The translations under genes and the position numbers were made by a program. Source: an uncultured Planctomycetaceae bacterium (GTDB taxonomy: Bacteria > Planctomycetota > Planctomycetia > Isosphaerales > Isosphaeraceae). From it: DNA of 64,000 nucleotides. The stretch spans positions 2,880,001-2,944,000 of the forward strand of contig CAWIAD010000002.1 of assembly GCA_963833985.1 (NCBI GenBank), read 5' to 3'. Below are positions 52,501 to 62,599 of the stretch, one piece after another. Position 1 is the first letter of the stretch; each line of letters begins with the position of its first letter. The notes below the pieces were generated by a model. It was given only the letters and a program-made list of their open reading frames with translations. It searched no databases and had not been told where the DNA came from.

Positions 52501-53427
52501 CTATTTAGCCGCGACAGACTCCAGGAACGCGATCACTTGCTCGAGCAGTGCCTCTCCGCCCACCGCCACGACGTCTGAGTGCTTCGCACCGGGCACCTCG
52601 ATGAAAGACGTGCGACCTGGAAACGCAGCCGCGAGCTGTCGGGCTGCGCCGACCGTGATCAGCGTGTCGTCGCTGCCGTGCATGACCAGTACCGGACAGC
52701 GCACCTGCCGGGCGGCCTCGACCGGGCGCGGGTTCACCAGGGAGACGCCCGCGATGCGGCCGGCTCTCCGGGTGACCCGCCGGGCCAGGAACTGCGCCGC
52801 GGGGAGCCGGCGGGCACGGAACCAGGCCTCCATGGCCTGATCAAGATCCGCCATGGGCGATTCCAGGACAATCGCCCGGATCCGCCCGTCCTCGGCGGCG
52901 GTGCGCACGGCAATCGCCGCGCCCATCGACCTGCCCCAGACGATCGGCAAGAGCGGACGCGATGGGCTCGCCATTCGCTCCAGCCCATCCAGCCAGGCGC
53001 GCAGGTCGCCGGCCTCCCGGCCGCCGAACGAAGCAAAAAGGCCGCCACTTCGCCCGTAACCGCGGAGGTCGATCGCGGCGACGTTCCAGCCCGCTCGCTG
53101 CAAGCAGGCCACGCGCTGGGCCTGCACGGCGAGCGAAGCCTCGGCAAACCCGTGCACCAGAACAGCCGTCCGGCCCGTGTCTTCGGCTCCGAGCGCGGGA
53201 TGCCAGAGCCCCGCCAGCATCATACCGTCGCCGGCCAGGGCGCTGATCGGTCTCATTTCCGAGGCGGCCGCGTCCCTGCCCGCGTCCGTGCCCATGCTTC
53301 CGCCGTCCGCCTCGCGCCTCGTGCGCGGAGGCACCACCAGGGCCCAGGCGCCATATTCGATGATGGCCAGCACCGCGAACGACAGGGCTCCGAGCAGAAA
53401 ACCGGCCAGGCCGGTGAAGAACGTCAT
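52501..53427 (-). CDS. Membrane-anchored alpha/beta hydrolase
   Basis: VLVHGF, DLRGYGRS, WGRSMG nucleophile, HGSDD, GAKH. Confidence 0.9.
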   Translation of the reverse strand: MTFFTGLAGFLLGALSFAVLAIIEYGAWALVVPPRTRREADGGSMGTDAGRDAAASEMRPISALAGDGMMLAGLWHPALGAEDTGRTAVLVHGFAEASLAVQAQRVACLQRAGWNVAAIDLRGYGRSGGLFASFGGREAGDLRAWLDGLERMASPSRPLLPIVWGRSMGAAIAVRTAAEDGRIRAIVLESPMADLDQAMEAWFRARRLPAAQFLARRVTRRAGRIAGVSLVNPRPVEAARQVRCPVLVMHGSDDTLITVGAARQLAAAFPGRTSFIEVPGAKHSDVVAVGGEALLEQVIAFLESVAAK

Positions 53428-53606
53428 CGAGCCAGGCGGCAACCATCGCATTCGGGTATGATGAATCCTCGGATTGTCCCGCTTCCCGCGCGCTGGGCGG
53501 ACCTGGGTCATTTGCCTCGATGGTACGCGAAGCCGCAGAATGTTGCTCGAGCGTGCAGCGCACGCGACATCTTCCCGAACCTCTTCGGCGATGATCAGGG
53601 CCTGGA

Positions 53607-54314
53607 CTACGGTGACTTCTCAGGGGCCCCTGTCGGCCAGCCGCCTTGCTTCCCCCAGTCGAGAATACGCAGGGCGGTTGCCTCGTCAAGATCGTAGCGG
53701 TCGAGGACTGCCCGGTGCTCGGACCGGAAGACATGATAGCGGACTTGCCGCTGACGATCACCCCTTGGAAGCGCCTTTGCGGCGGTCAGCGATCTTTCCC
53801 GGGCGGCGATGAGCTCGCGGAAGATGACCTTGTCCTGCGCCTGGTGGGCCAGGGCCAGAGGGCGGGCGGACCCCCAGGTCTCATCCGTGTACCGCTCCGG
53901 AGGTTCCACCCGGATCCGCGAGTTCTTGCGGAGGTGTTTCGCTTCGATCCAGCCGGCTCGAACCTCCTGCTGCCCTTGCAGGAGACGGATCTCTTGAACC
54001 GATCGAACAATGGGGCCAACCGACATCCCTCCGCCCCGGATCACCAGGCACCGTGTGCCGCTCTCGACCCAGAAAACATCGCCGCGTTTTTCCAGTTCCT
54101 TGCACCTATGGTGGTCCCTGGCATATTCGGCCTTCTCCAGGCCGACGAAGGCGGCGAACGAGGCCGCGACCGGCAGTTTGCTGATCTGTCCCTGCTGTTC
54201 GGCCTCGGGAGAGTACGTATACACAATCGCCTCTTCTCTCTCCTCGAAGACCGAATCGCTGGTGCAAACCTGTCCCAGGAGTGTGATCGCAACCATGAAA
54301 CCCGCACATCGCAT
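53607..54314 (-). CDS. Hypothetical secreted protein
   Basis: Open frame with a signal-like start MRCAGFMVAITLLGQ; no recognised domain. Confidence 0.55.
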   Translation of the reverse strand: MRCAGFMVAITLLGQVCTSDSVFEEREEAIVYTYSPEAEQQGQISKLPVAASFAAFVGLEKAEYARDHHRCKELEKRGDVFWVESGTRCLVIRGGGMSVGPIVRSVQEIRLLQGQQEVRAGWIEAKHLRKNSRIRVEPPERYTDETWGSARPLALAHQAQDKVIFRELIAARERSLTAAKALPRGDRQRQVRYHVFRSEHRAVLDRYDLDEATALRILDWGKQGGWPTGAPEKSP

Positions 54315-54555
54315 GATGAAAACTCCCTGATCCGTGACCGGGCACAACGGAACCAGACGGGCCGCGCGACCGATCCGGCCGCGCCCTCCACCTGATTCAT
54401 GTGAGCTTCCGGGCCTCCGGATACAGGATTTTTTCGAGATTCTTCCGCTCAGCTCTGGCGACGGCCGGGCTGCTGTCGACCGCTCGTTCCAGGAGCGTGA
54501 CGGCGTTGCCGTGGTGACGCCTGGTGAACGCACAAGTGCGATCCAGAGGCTGGCA

Positions 54556-55890
54556 TCACCTCATGGTGAACTGGCCCTTGTCGGCGTACGAGGGAGGGGC
54601 GGGACCGACGTCGAGTGGCGCGCGCAGCGTCTTGAGGAACGCGATCACGTCGGCGCATTCCTCCGAGCTGAGATGCTCGAACAAGAACAGGACATTCTTC
54701 GCATCTCCGCGGTGACGGCGCACGGCTTCCTCGAGTGTCGCGCAACTTCCGTCGTGCAGGTAGGGCGCCGAGTCTGCCACACCCCAGAGAGGTGGAGTTT
54801 TCCATTCGTCGGGACGGGGATGGTCCTCTGGAAGCGGTACGGGGGAAGCGTCTCCATAGTCACCTGCGCTGGAGTCCAGATCGTCCATCCGGTGGAGCAG
54901 GAAATCGCTGTATACCCCGCGGACTCCGCCCATGTCGGGGATGTGGCAGACCGCACAGCCGATCGAATCAAAGAGGCTTCGCCCGCGATCAGCTTGTGCC
55001 CGCTGCCTGGCGTCGTCGGGGACCACCTCGATCGGGCGTGGGATCGTGTCGACGAAGGCCACCAGGGCCTGGAACCGTTCCGGGTCCAGGTCGTTCGCGG
55101 TCGCGCCTTCGCCGCCACAGGCCATCGGCCTGGCTTGCGTCATCAGCGGATTTCCCAGGCCGATCTCATTGGCGCATGCCGCGGCCACAAACTCCTGCAA
55201 GGTGGCGAACTGTGCCTTCCACCCGAACCTGCCCACCCGACCGTCCGGCAGGATGCGCAGCCTTCCCGTCGTCGTGACCCGGAAGTCGCCGCCGAGCTCT
55301 CGCCAGAGTGCGGCCCTCGAGGTCTTCGCGCTCACCGTCCGGATGGCCTTCTCCGAGATCCGGTCGATCCAGCCCACGCCGAAGAGCGAGGTTGGGTTGA
55401 CGCTCTGAAGGTGAACGGGGTTGTAGTCGCGGACCTCGGCCTGGCAGCCGTTGATCACCAGGGTCACACGGGGGATGAGCGGAAACAGGCGCTCCAGCTC
55501 CTTGCTCCCCTCGAGGAACTGGCTGTCCGTCGCAAAGTGGTGGACGAGCCCTCCTTTGACGACGGGCCGGTCTTTCGTCGGGAATGCCTCGAACACGGTG
55601 ACATTGTGCGAGTTGTCACCCGCTCCGCCAGTTCCTGCCTGAGAATGACACGCGACGCAGGACCGAGCGTTGTAGACCGGGCCCAGGCCGTCGCCCAGAG
55701 CCTGAGGATCGTTCGGTTCCCATTCGTGGCGGAACAATTCCAGGCCCGTTTGCTTTAACTGCGGCGGTGCCGACGGCTCGCGCAAGACCGGCACTCCCGG
55801 CGAGAGCGACCAGATCGCCCCGACCACCACGATGCTGAACATCCCCGCGCCGACGCGACAGCGCACGCGCTTGAGTGGCGACTCGTACAT
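54556..55890 (-). CDS. Di-heme oxidoreductase family (DHOR/DUF1111) c-type cytochrome
   Basis: GDGLGPVYNARSCVACH, GRFGWKA, GCAVCH, YSDFLLH, WKTPPLWG, PYLHDG. Confidence 0.9.
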   Translation of the reverse strand: MYESPLKRVRCRVGAGMFSIVVVGAIWSLSPGVPVLREPSAPPQLKQTGLELFRHEWEPNDPQALGDGLGPVYNARSCVACHSQAGTGGAGDNSHNVTVFEAFPTKDRPVVKGGLVHHFATDSQFLEGSKELERLFPLIPRVTLVINGCQAEVRDYNPVHLQSVNPTSLFGVGWIDRISEKAIRTVSAKTSRAALWRELGGDFRVTTTGRLRILPDGRVGRFGWKAQFATLQEFVAAACANEIGLGNPLMTQARPMACGGEGATANDLDPERFQALVAFVDTIPRPIEVVPDDARQRAQADRGRSLFDSIGCAVCHIPDMGGVRGVYSDFLLHRMDDLDSSAGDYGDASPVPLPEDHPRPDEWKTPPLWGVADSAPYLHDGSCATLEEAVRRHRGDAKNVLFLFEHLSSEECADVIAFLKTLRAPLDVGPAPPSYADKGQFTMR

Positions 55891-55971
55891 GGCACTTCCC
55901 TCCGGAACCGGATCGTTGCCCGAACGGGCGGAACTGATCAGAACGAGCACCTGGACCTCGTATCTCTGACA

Positions 55972-56000
55972 ACTGTAATAACAGCCGCGCAGGAACTCAA
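55972..56000 (-). promoter_or_regulatory. Putative sigma70 promoter for the di-heme protein
   Basis: Minus strand TTGAGT-N17-TACAGT preceded by an A7 tract. Confidence 0.5.
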
Positions 56001-56071
56001 GCGTTTTTTTGCTCGGCTGGTAAAAGCCGGCCCTCCCCGCTACACCTCAGGAAAGGGAAGAAGCGAGAGCA

Positions 56072-56202
56072 GGGAAAAAGGGACGTGACTGCCGTCGGCT
56101 GCGTGGGATCGTGGGTGCCGTACAAATCAACAGCCAGCATGATCGGTGCTGAAGGAGTCAGGAGCCAGACAGGTCCTAGTCAGCGAAGTCGCCCTTTTTC
56201 CC
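56072..56202. repeat. About 130-bp element bounded by inverted repeats
   Basis: gggaaaaaggg at 56072 and ccctttttccc ending at 56202, with partial further pairing (gact/agtc). Confidence 0.5.
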
Positions 56203-56422
56203 GGCCCAGCGGAACATCGCCGTGGCGATGGGTGGGATTCGGGGCGAGGTGCAGGTCGGGCTCACGCCCGAGGTTGGAGGCTGCGCCCGTGAAAACCACG
56301 TGCTGGCGCACGTGGCCATGGGCCATGCGCCGCGGACGCCAGGTCGGGTGGAGCAGCGCCGTGGGGATGAGCGTGATGCGCCGATGTGCAGGTCGGGCTC
56401 ACGCCCGAGGGTGAAGGCTGCG

Positions 56423-58162
56423 GGGTGTAAGACACGGTTCGTTTTTCTGAGGTCCTACGCCGCTTTCCCAGTTTCCCTGGCTTTATAGTTGCGGAAGGGG
56501 CTGCTGGGCCTCTCTTTGAGGTACCGATCCAGGCGTCCGTCCTCCGAGAGGAACGACGCTCGAAGCTGAAGCATCGTCTCGGCACCGGCGTCGCTCCAGA
56601 ATTTCTCCGACCCCTTGACCCGCCGGTTGAAGATCTTCACGGTCGACTCCACGTGACTGCTCGTCCACGGCAATCCCCCGCGTCGATAAGCAGGGTAGTC
56701 CATCCGCTCTCGATTATGCTCCAGGTAGCCGAGTTCTTGGGCGATGATCTTGCGCGGGTCATCGTCGGCCAGCCGTTCGAGCTCGTCTCCGGATAAGGAC
56801 GCCTGGGCATCTCGCAGGGTACGGAGTTCCTCAATCACCTGGCCCACGCGTCCCTTCCAGCAGGCCTCCGCCCATGCCTGGAACAACTCCCAGCGGCCTT
56901 CGGTCTCGATCGCCGCAGCCTTGGCGGCCGCGAACAGGTGACCCAGGGCGTGGAGAAAATCAACGATGGCCAGAAAGGTCGGAAAATGCCGTTGCTGCAA
57001 TTTCCAGATCCAGGCCGAGCCGTCCCCCAGGAACGCCCGATGAGCCGCTTTCATGAGATTGCGTCGCCACGCCTCCGCGGCCACCATCGGCCCGAATTGC
57101 TCGCTGGAGCAGGTGCTCGCCACGTAAGTCCGCACCACCAGTTCGGGCCTTTCCCTCGGCTCGGACCGATCCCCGGGGGACGGCAGAGATGCTTCGTCGA
57201 TGTTCTCCGCCGGGGCCTCCTGTAGGCCCATCGAGCTCGACCCGCTGATCCCGCCGACAAGCTTCTCGACGTATCCCCGGTCGCGGTAGCAGGCGGGCAA
57301 CTCCGGCTCCGGGTCGCAGTCCGAGACGACATTGGCCATGGTGGCCAGAATCGCGATCTTGTCCTCACGCCAGGACGCATCATGGGCACCGGGCCCTTCC
57401 CCCTGGCCGCGAATCTGCAGCCGGCCGCCGTCAACCTCGACCACTGCCAGAGCCGGCCGTGTCTCGACTCGCGGCTCGAGCTTATGGGCTTGAAGTTCGC
57501 TCACATGCTGATCTCTCTCGGCCTGCAATTGTTGGCCGACCTCCTGGGCGATGCGGCCGATCTGCCGACTGCCGATGGTCACCTCGGCCAATTCCGCCAT
57601 CGCCTCGGCCGCCTCCCGGAAGGAGGGCTCCCGGGCACCGCAACGGACGATCTTGCGCAGCACCGAAGGGCTGTAGTCATGTGGCGTGAGGCGCAAGGCC
57701 GGACGCTGAGGGAAAAAAATCCCGGCGACATGCCGGGCAGTGGCACTTCGGTTCGGCGTAGGTGACCTTGCCTCCCCAGAATTCAATGGTTCGATCGTTG
57801 CGTTGCACCGGACAGAGCCGCTTGCAGTTGGGACAAGGCTGCTCGGCCCCCAAGAGGGAGGCTTTCTGCTTCAGGAGTTCCTCGATGGTTCCCTTGGCCA
57901 CGGCACAGGCCGCGGTCATGGCCATTTGTTCCATGTCGTCGGCATCGAGGTCCAGGTCAGGCCCAACTTCTTCGTGGACCCGTCGCGCCACAGTTTTCCC
58001 CCACCCTTTGGCCATCTGCTCGACCCCGGTGCGATCCATCGATGGTGACTTACGGAAAGGCATAGCAGGTCCCTCCTTGGACTTCCGGTGACGGACAATT
58101 TGGGAAACTTGACTTGACATGCTACCACCGGCCTCGGGCGGCGCGAACCGCGTCTTACACCC
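56423..58162 (-). mobile_element. ISKra4-family-like insertion sequence (1740 bp)
   Basis: TIRs gggtgtaagacacggttcg (56423-56441) and cgaaccgcgtcttacaccc (58144-58162), 18/19 match; 9-bp TSD AAGGCTGCG at 56414-56422 and 58163-58171. Confidence 0.93.
56455..58063 (-). CDS. ISKra4-type DDE transposase, split into OrfA (Zn ribbon) and OrfB at a T7-CCC site near 57715
   Basis: AAGGAGG RBS; CPNC...CPACRRDFFP; VDGG, GDGSAWIW, DFLHALGH, RMDY..YR..G.P..SS.VES, RVKG..KFW. Confidence 0.88.
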
Positions 58163-59612
58163 AAGGCTGCGCCCGTCCGGACCACGGCCTTGACGACCGT
58201 GGTCACCGGTGCCAGACGACGCTGCTGTCTGGAACGGATTCACCCCAGCCGGGAGGTGCCGTGACCACGCCCGTGAGATTGACATGACCACGCCCGTGAG
58301 GGCGTGGTTCGGACGGGCGCAGCCCCCAACCTCGCCCGTGAGGGCGACCCGGTTCAAGTGCAGGTCGGGCTCACGCCCGAGGTTGGGGGCTGCGCCCGTG
58401 AAAACCACGTGCTGGCGCACGTGGCCATGGGCCATGCGCCGCGGACGCCAGGTCGGGTGGAGCAGCGCCGTGGGGATGAGCGTGATGCGCCGATGTGCAG
58501 GTCGGGCTCACGCCCGAGGGTGAAGGCTGCGCCCGTCCGGACCACGGCCTTGACGACCGTGGTCACCGGTGCCAGACGACGCTGCTGTCTGGAACGGATT
58601 CACCCCAGCCGGGAGGTGCCGTGACCACGCCCGTGAGATTGACATGACCACGCCCGTGAGGGCGTGGTTCGGACGGGCGCAGCCCCCAACCTCGCCCGTG
58701 AGGGCGACCCGGTTCAAGTGCAGGTCGGGCTCACGCCCGAGGTTGGAGGCTGCGCCCGTGAAAACCACGTGCTGACGCACGTGGCCATGGGCCAAAACCA
58801 CGTACAGACGCACGTGGCCATGGGCGGCGGGCCGCCGTCGGCCAGGTCGAGGAGGATCGGGCCTCCCGGCGGGGCGGGCGAGCGCTCGGCGCGGCTGGAT
58901 ACCTTGGGCATGAGTGTCACGCGGACCCCGATCGCGGTCGGGTCGAGCATTTCGTCCCTTCCGCCGGTTGCCAGCCTGTGCTGGAACCGCGGCGCGGCAC
59001 GCGCCAGCGCCGCGGGCACCTCGTCGAGCGGTGTTTGGCCTTCCGGGTTCATGTTCCCGGTCGTGAGTGCCCGGCAATCCGCCGGCCCCCATGCCGCCAG
59101 CCGTTCCACCTGTTCGCGCGTGCACAGCGCCGCAGCGCCGGAGGGGTCGAGATCGCAGTGGATCGAGCCAGGGAGCCAGCGCATGGGTCGCCGGGGATAA
59201 GGGCCTGAGGTCCGTGCCCCAGGAGGACATCTAATTGGTGGCGGTTCTCGAGACCCGCAGCCTTTGCAACGTAAACTGATCATGACGGTGCAGCGCGGGC
59301 TCCTTGGCAATTCGGTCGTTTGTGATAAAACCCGCCGCACCGTCGAGGCACGGCGGCGCGCAGAGGTTTGACCTGCCTCAACCCTACAAAAAGGGTGATC
59401 CGCGGCGGGGCGAGGCGAAATCAGCATTCCGTGTGCAGCCGATGAGCGGCGGAGAAACTGACTTTAAGTCCTCTCACAGTATGGTTTAACGTCGAAATGG
59501 GTCCGCTCGATCGAACCCAAATCGAAGCCAATCCGGAAGGGGCGGAATCGCGGGGTCGGACATGATGGAGCCGGGTGCTGCGGCTGGCGCGGAGCCCGCC
59601 GCACGCGCTTGC

Positions 59613-61589
59613 TTACCCAGCCAGCGCGTCCGTAGCTGGGGCGTCCGCGGCAGCGGGCGGTTGCCACGTCGGCAGGTCGCACAGGCCGCCCCCGCAGTAG
59701 ATGTGGTGCCAGAGCTGGGTGGAGACCACGCATGTGAGCGCCACGTCGAAGACGAACCGAGCCGGCGTGATCCGGGGCAGGACGGTTTGCAGCGACCGCT
59801 GCTTGAGCACCGAGGCCACGTCGAAGTAGCCGGTGGCGCGCAGCGATTCCGGGCTCAAGAGCTGGTCCACCCAGGGAGGACGCTGGGGGCCCAGGAACGT
59901 CTGTGCCAGGCTGGCGCGGAACATGGTCTTGGGACGGTTGGCGATCTGCCGGGGCAGGATCTGGCCGGCCACCTTGCGGAGGATCCACTTCTCTGTCATG
60001 CCATGCAGCTTGTACTGCGGCGCGATACCCGCACAGAAGCGGATGACGTCGTCGTCGAGATACGGATAGCGCGTCTCCACCGACGCATTCATGGCGATGC
60101 GGTCCCCTTTGGAGATCATAAGCAGGCCGGCCAGCATCACCTTGTAGCCCACATAGAGTGACTGGTTCAGGGGGTGCCAGCGGTGCATCCGGTCGGTGGT
60201 GATGTCGAGATCGGAGTAGGAACTGTGATCGCCGAGCTGTTGCCACATCGACTCGGAGTAGAGGACCGGCTTGGACTGCGAGATCATCTCGTAGAGGTCC
60301 TGCTGCGCGGTGCGGACCCCGCCGATGGCCCGCTCGGCGGGGACGGTCATTCGCCCGCCCGAAACCCAGCTGGCAAGCAGGTTGCGCGCCAGCCGAGGCG
60401 CCTTGTAGCCCACGGTGCGGTAGGCGCCGTCGCGGATCTTCTGGGTCTTGTACCAGACGTAGCCGGCCAGGGCCTCGTCGGCCCCCTCACCGGTGAGCGC
60501 CACCTTGTAGCCCTGCCCGTGCACCGCCTGCGCCAGGCGCAGCAGCGCCGCACAGGAGGTGTCGAGTACGGGTCCCTCGGCGGCGCGGACAAGCTCGGGG
60601 AATGTCGCGCCGATCTTGGAGCGGTCCATGACCACGGTCGTCAAGGGCGAGTTCATCACCGAGGCGGCCTCGGTGGCGTGGATTCGCTCGTCTGGCCCAG
60701 CGCCCTCGAAGCCGATGGTGAATGCCGGGATCGGCTCACCGCGGTACCGTGCGCAGATGCCCAGGACGACGGTGGAATCCAGCCCGCCGCTGATATAGGT
60801 GACCACGGGCACGTCGCTGCGCAGCCTGCGTTCGACGGCCTGCTGCAAGAGGTTCTGAAGCTCGTCAACCAAGATCGCGGGGTCGGCCGCGCGGCGTTCC
60901 TGACCCGCATCCGGGAAGTCTAGGTCCCAGTAGAGGTGCTTCGAGACGCGCCCGTCGCGGACCTTGAGGAAATGGCCCGGCGGAAGGGAGTGGATTCCCT
61001 CGAAGAAGGTGCGCGAGGTTCCCGTGCAGAAGAACGTGAAAAGATGATCGATGCCGCGCACATCGGGCTGCGCCCGGATCATGCCCGAGGCGAGGAGCGC
61101 CTTGATTTCCGAGCCCCAGAGCAGCCAGCCGTCGACTTCCGCGTAATGGAGCGGGCAGATGCCCACGCGGTCCCGGCCCAGGATCAGCGTCCTGGTGCCG
61201 CGGTCCCAGAGCGAGACGGCGAACTGTCCGCGGGCCTTCTCGAACATCGCCTCGCCGGCGTCCTCGTAGAGATGGACCCAGGCTTCCGTATCGCACCTGG
61301 TAGCCAGCCGATGACCCCGGGACAGCAGCTCCTGCCTCAGCTCCGGGTACTCGAACAGCTCGCCGTTGAAGGCCACCCAGATCGAGCCGTCCTCGTTGGC
61401 CAGGGGCTGCCGGCCCCCTGCGAGGTCGATGATGGAGAGCCTCCGCGCCCCGAGGGCGACCCCGGGCTCGATGTGAATCTGCTCATCGTCCGGCCCCCGA
61501 TGGGCGATCGCCGCGGTCATGGCCAGCAGCCGTCGCGCGGGGAACTCTCTGCGACCCGTCAGATCAACGGCTCCTGCAATCCCGCACAT
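59613..61589 (-). CDS. asnB: Asparagine synthase (glutamine-hydrolysing) family amidotransferase
   Basis: MCGIAG (Cys2), HRGPD, RLSIID, FNGE, ISGGLDS, LTGEGADE. Confidence 0.93.
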   Translation of the reverse strand: MCGIAGAVDLTGRREFPARRLLAMTAAIAHRGPDDEQIHIEPGVALGARRLSIIDLAGGRQPLANEDGSIWVAFNGELFEYPELRQELLSRGHRLATRCDTEAWVHLYEDAGEAMFEKARGQFAVSLWDRGTRTLILGRDRVGICPLHYAEVDGWLLWGSEIKALLASGMIRAQPDVRGIDHLFTFFCTGTSRTFFEGIHSLPPGHFLKVRDGRVSKHLYWDLDFPDAGQERRAADPAILVDELQNLLQQAVERRLRSDVPVVTYISGGLDSTVVLGICARYRGEPIPAFTIGFEGAGPDERIHATEAASVMNSPLTTVVMDRSKIGATFPELVRAAEGPVLDTSCAALLRLAQAVHGQGYKVALTGEGADEALAGYVWYKTQKIRDGAYRTVGYKAPRLARNLLASWVSGGRMTVPAERAIGGVRTAQQDLYEMISQSKPVLYSESMWQQLGDHSSYSDLDITTDRMHRWHPLNQSLYVGYKVMLAGLLMISKGDRIAMNASVETRYPYLDDDVIRFCAGIAPQYKLHGMTEKWILRKVAGQILPRQIANRPKTMFRASLAQTFLGPQRPPWVDQLLSPESLRATGYFDVASVLKQRSLQTVLPRITPARFVFDVALTCVVSTQLWHHIYCGGGLCDLPTWQPPAAADAPATDALAG

Positions 61590-61628
61590 GAAGAAACCTC
61601 ATCCTGTTGCGCAGCGGTTTCACCGGGG

Positions 61629-61799
61629 TCATTCGGCCGCCAGCAGCTCCGCGAGGGCGACGGAGAGTGCCGGGTTGGCCCCGACCAGCTCCCTGCGGCG
61701 CGCTGCCTTGCGGTAGACGGCCCCGCCCATGAGCCCGATGACGAATGTGCCAACCCTCAGGAGGAAGCCGCGGACGCCAAGTGGGACGTAAAACTCCAC
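61629..61799 (-). CDS. Possible small membrane protein (56 aa) between the nitrilase and asnB
   Basis: GAGG then GTG; (M)EFYVPLGVRGFLLRVGTFVIGLMGGAVYRKAARRR, a hydrophobic helix followed by a basic cluster; overlaps the nitrilase 3' end. Confidence 0.5.
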   Translation of the reverse strand: MEFYVPLGVRGFLLRVGTFVIGLMGGAVYRKAARRRELVGANPALSVALAELLAAE

Positions 61800-62599
61800 G
61801 ATTTCAGACCTCGCCTGGAATGGATGGTGATGGGAGCGACAAGGACCGAGAGCTCGCGGTCGGCCCGCACGGGGGTGCCGTGGTGGCCGTCGCAAATGCT
61901 GCTCTGTCCCGCGAAGCGATCGAGAATGCACGTGTGCAGCACGGGTATGGTGGTCCTGGTCTCGCCACACTGGTTGGCGAAGAGTACCGGAATACCCAGG
62001 TCGCTGGCAACTTTCTCGGGGATCGCACAGGAGAGTGGACCGACGTGCCCCAGCAGCCAGTGTCTCTTGCCGGTGTCGCGATTGGCGAAATCCGGCCAGG
62101 CAGCCGCGACGACTGCCAGGTCGATCTTTCCCCGGTATTCTTCCCACACCCGCCGATAGATCATGTCCGCGCAGATGCCGAAACCGATCCGCCCGAAGGG
62201 AGTGCCAACGATGAGCGGGGCACTTCCCGGATGGAACCGGAAGCGTTCCCAGAACACCAGGTTGCGTTTGCGGTAGACGCGCATCTCACCATCGGGCGTG
62301 CAGAAGGCGAGCGAGTCGAAGAGATGCCGTCCGTCCCGCTCGACAAAGCCCGCGGCGATGGCCATCTTCCAGCGCATGCTACGCTGCCGCAGGTACGAGA
62401 GCGTGGGCCCTTCGGCCGTCTCACTGCAAGGGCCGAAATCCGGGCAGAGGCTGTACCCCGTGTTGAACAGCTCGGGCAAAACCACGAGCTCCGAGCCTGC
62501 GTCGCGGGCCACCCGCAGCAGCTCGTCGGCGCGTTGGAGGTTGGCAGGCAGGTCCAGTATGGCGCACGGCATCTGAATCGCGGCTGCCTGGATCTTCAT
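61757..62599 (-). CDS. Carbon-nitrogen hydrolase (nitrilase superfamily)
   Basis: E-K-C triad: LPELFNTGY, YRKRNL, GICADM; GGAGGT RBS. Confidence 0.92.
   Translation of the reverse strand: MKIQAAAIQMPCAILDLPANLQRADELLRVARDAGSELVVLPELFNTGYSLCPDFGPCSETAEGPTLSYLRQRSMRWKMAIAAGFVERDGRHLFDSLAFCTPDGEMRVYRKRNLVFWERFRFHPGSAPLIVGTPFGRIGFGICADMIYRRVWEEYRGKIDLAVVAAAWPDFANRDTGKRHWLLGHVGPLSCAIPEKVASDLGIPVLFANQCGETRTTIPVLHTCILDRFAGQSSICDGHHGTPVRADRELSVLVAPITIHSRRGLKSWSFTSHLASAASS

Larger units (their letters stand above)
56249..58825. repeat. REP/BIME-like mosaic array with 360-bp period (about 2.2 units), interrupted by an IS
   Basis: Core gtgcaggtcgggctcacgcccgagg at 56249, 56386, 58358, 58495 and 58718. 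Lines 58201/58561 and 58261/58621 are identical. 58358-56249 = 360 + 1740 (IS) + 9 (TSD). Confidence 0.92.

Noticed and set aside
56249..58825. CRISPR array or integron attC cassette array
   Set aside because: The intervening sequences are themselves repeated, 95-180 bp long and include inverted modules. There are no unique spacers, no cassette ORFs and no cas or intI gene in the window.
59613..61799. Lasso peptide cluster (AsnB-like cyclase plus precursor)
   Set aside because: AsnB keeps the complete Cys2 glutaminase domain; no B1/B2 genes; the small ORF lacks a lasso leader pattern.
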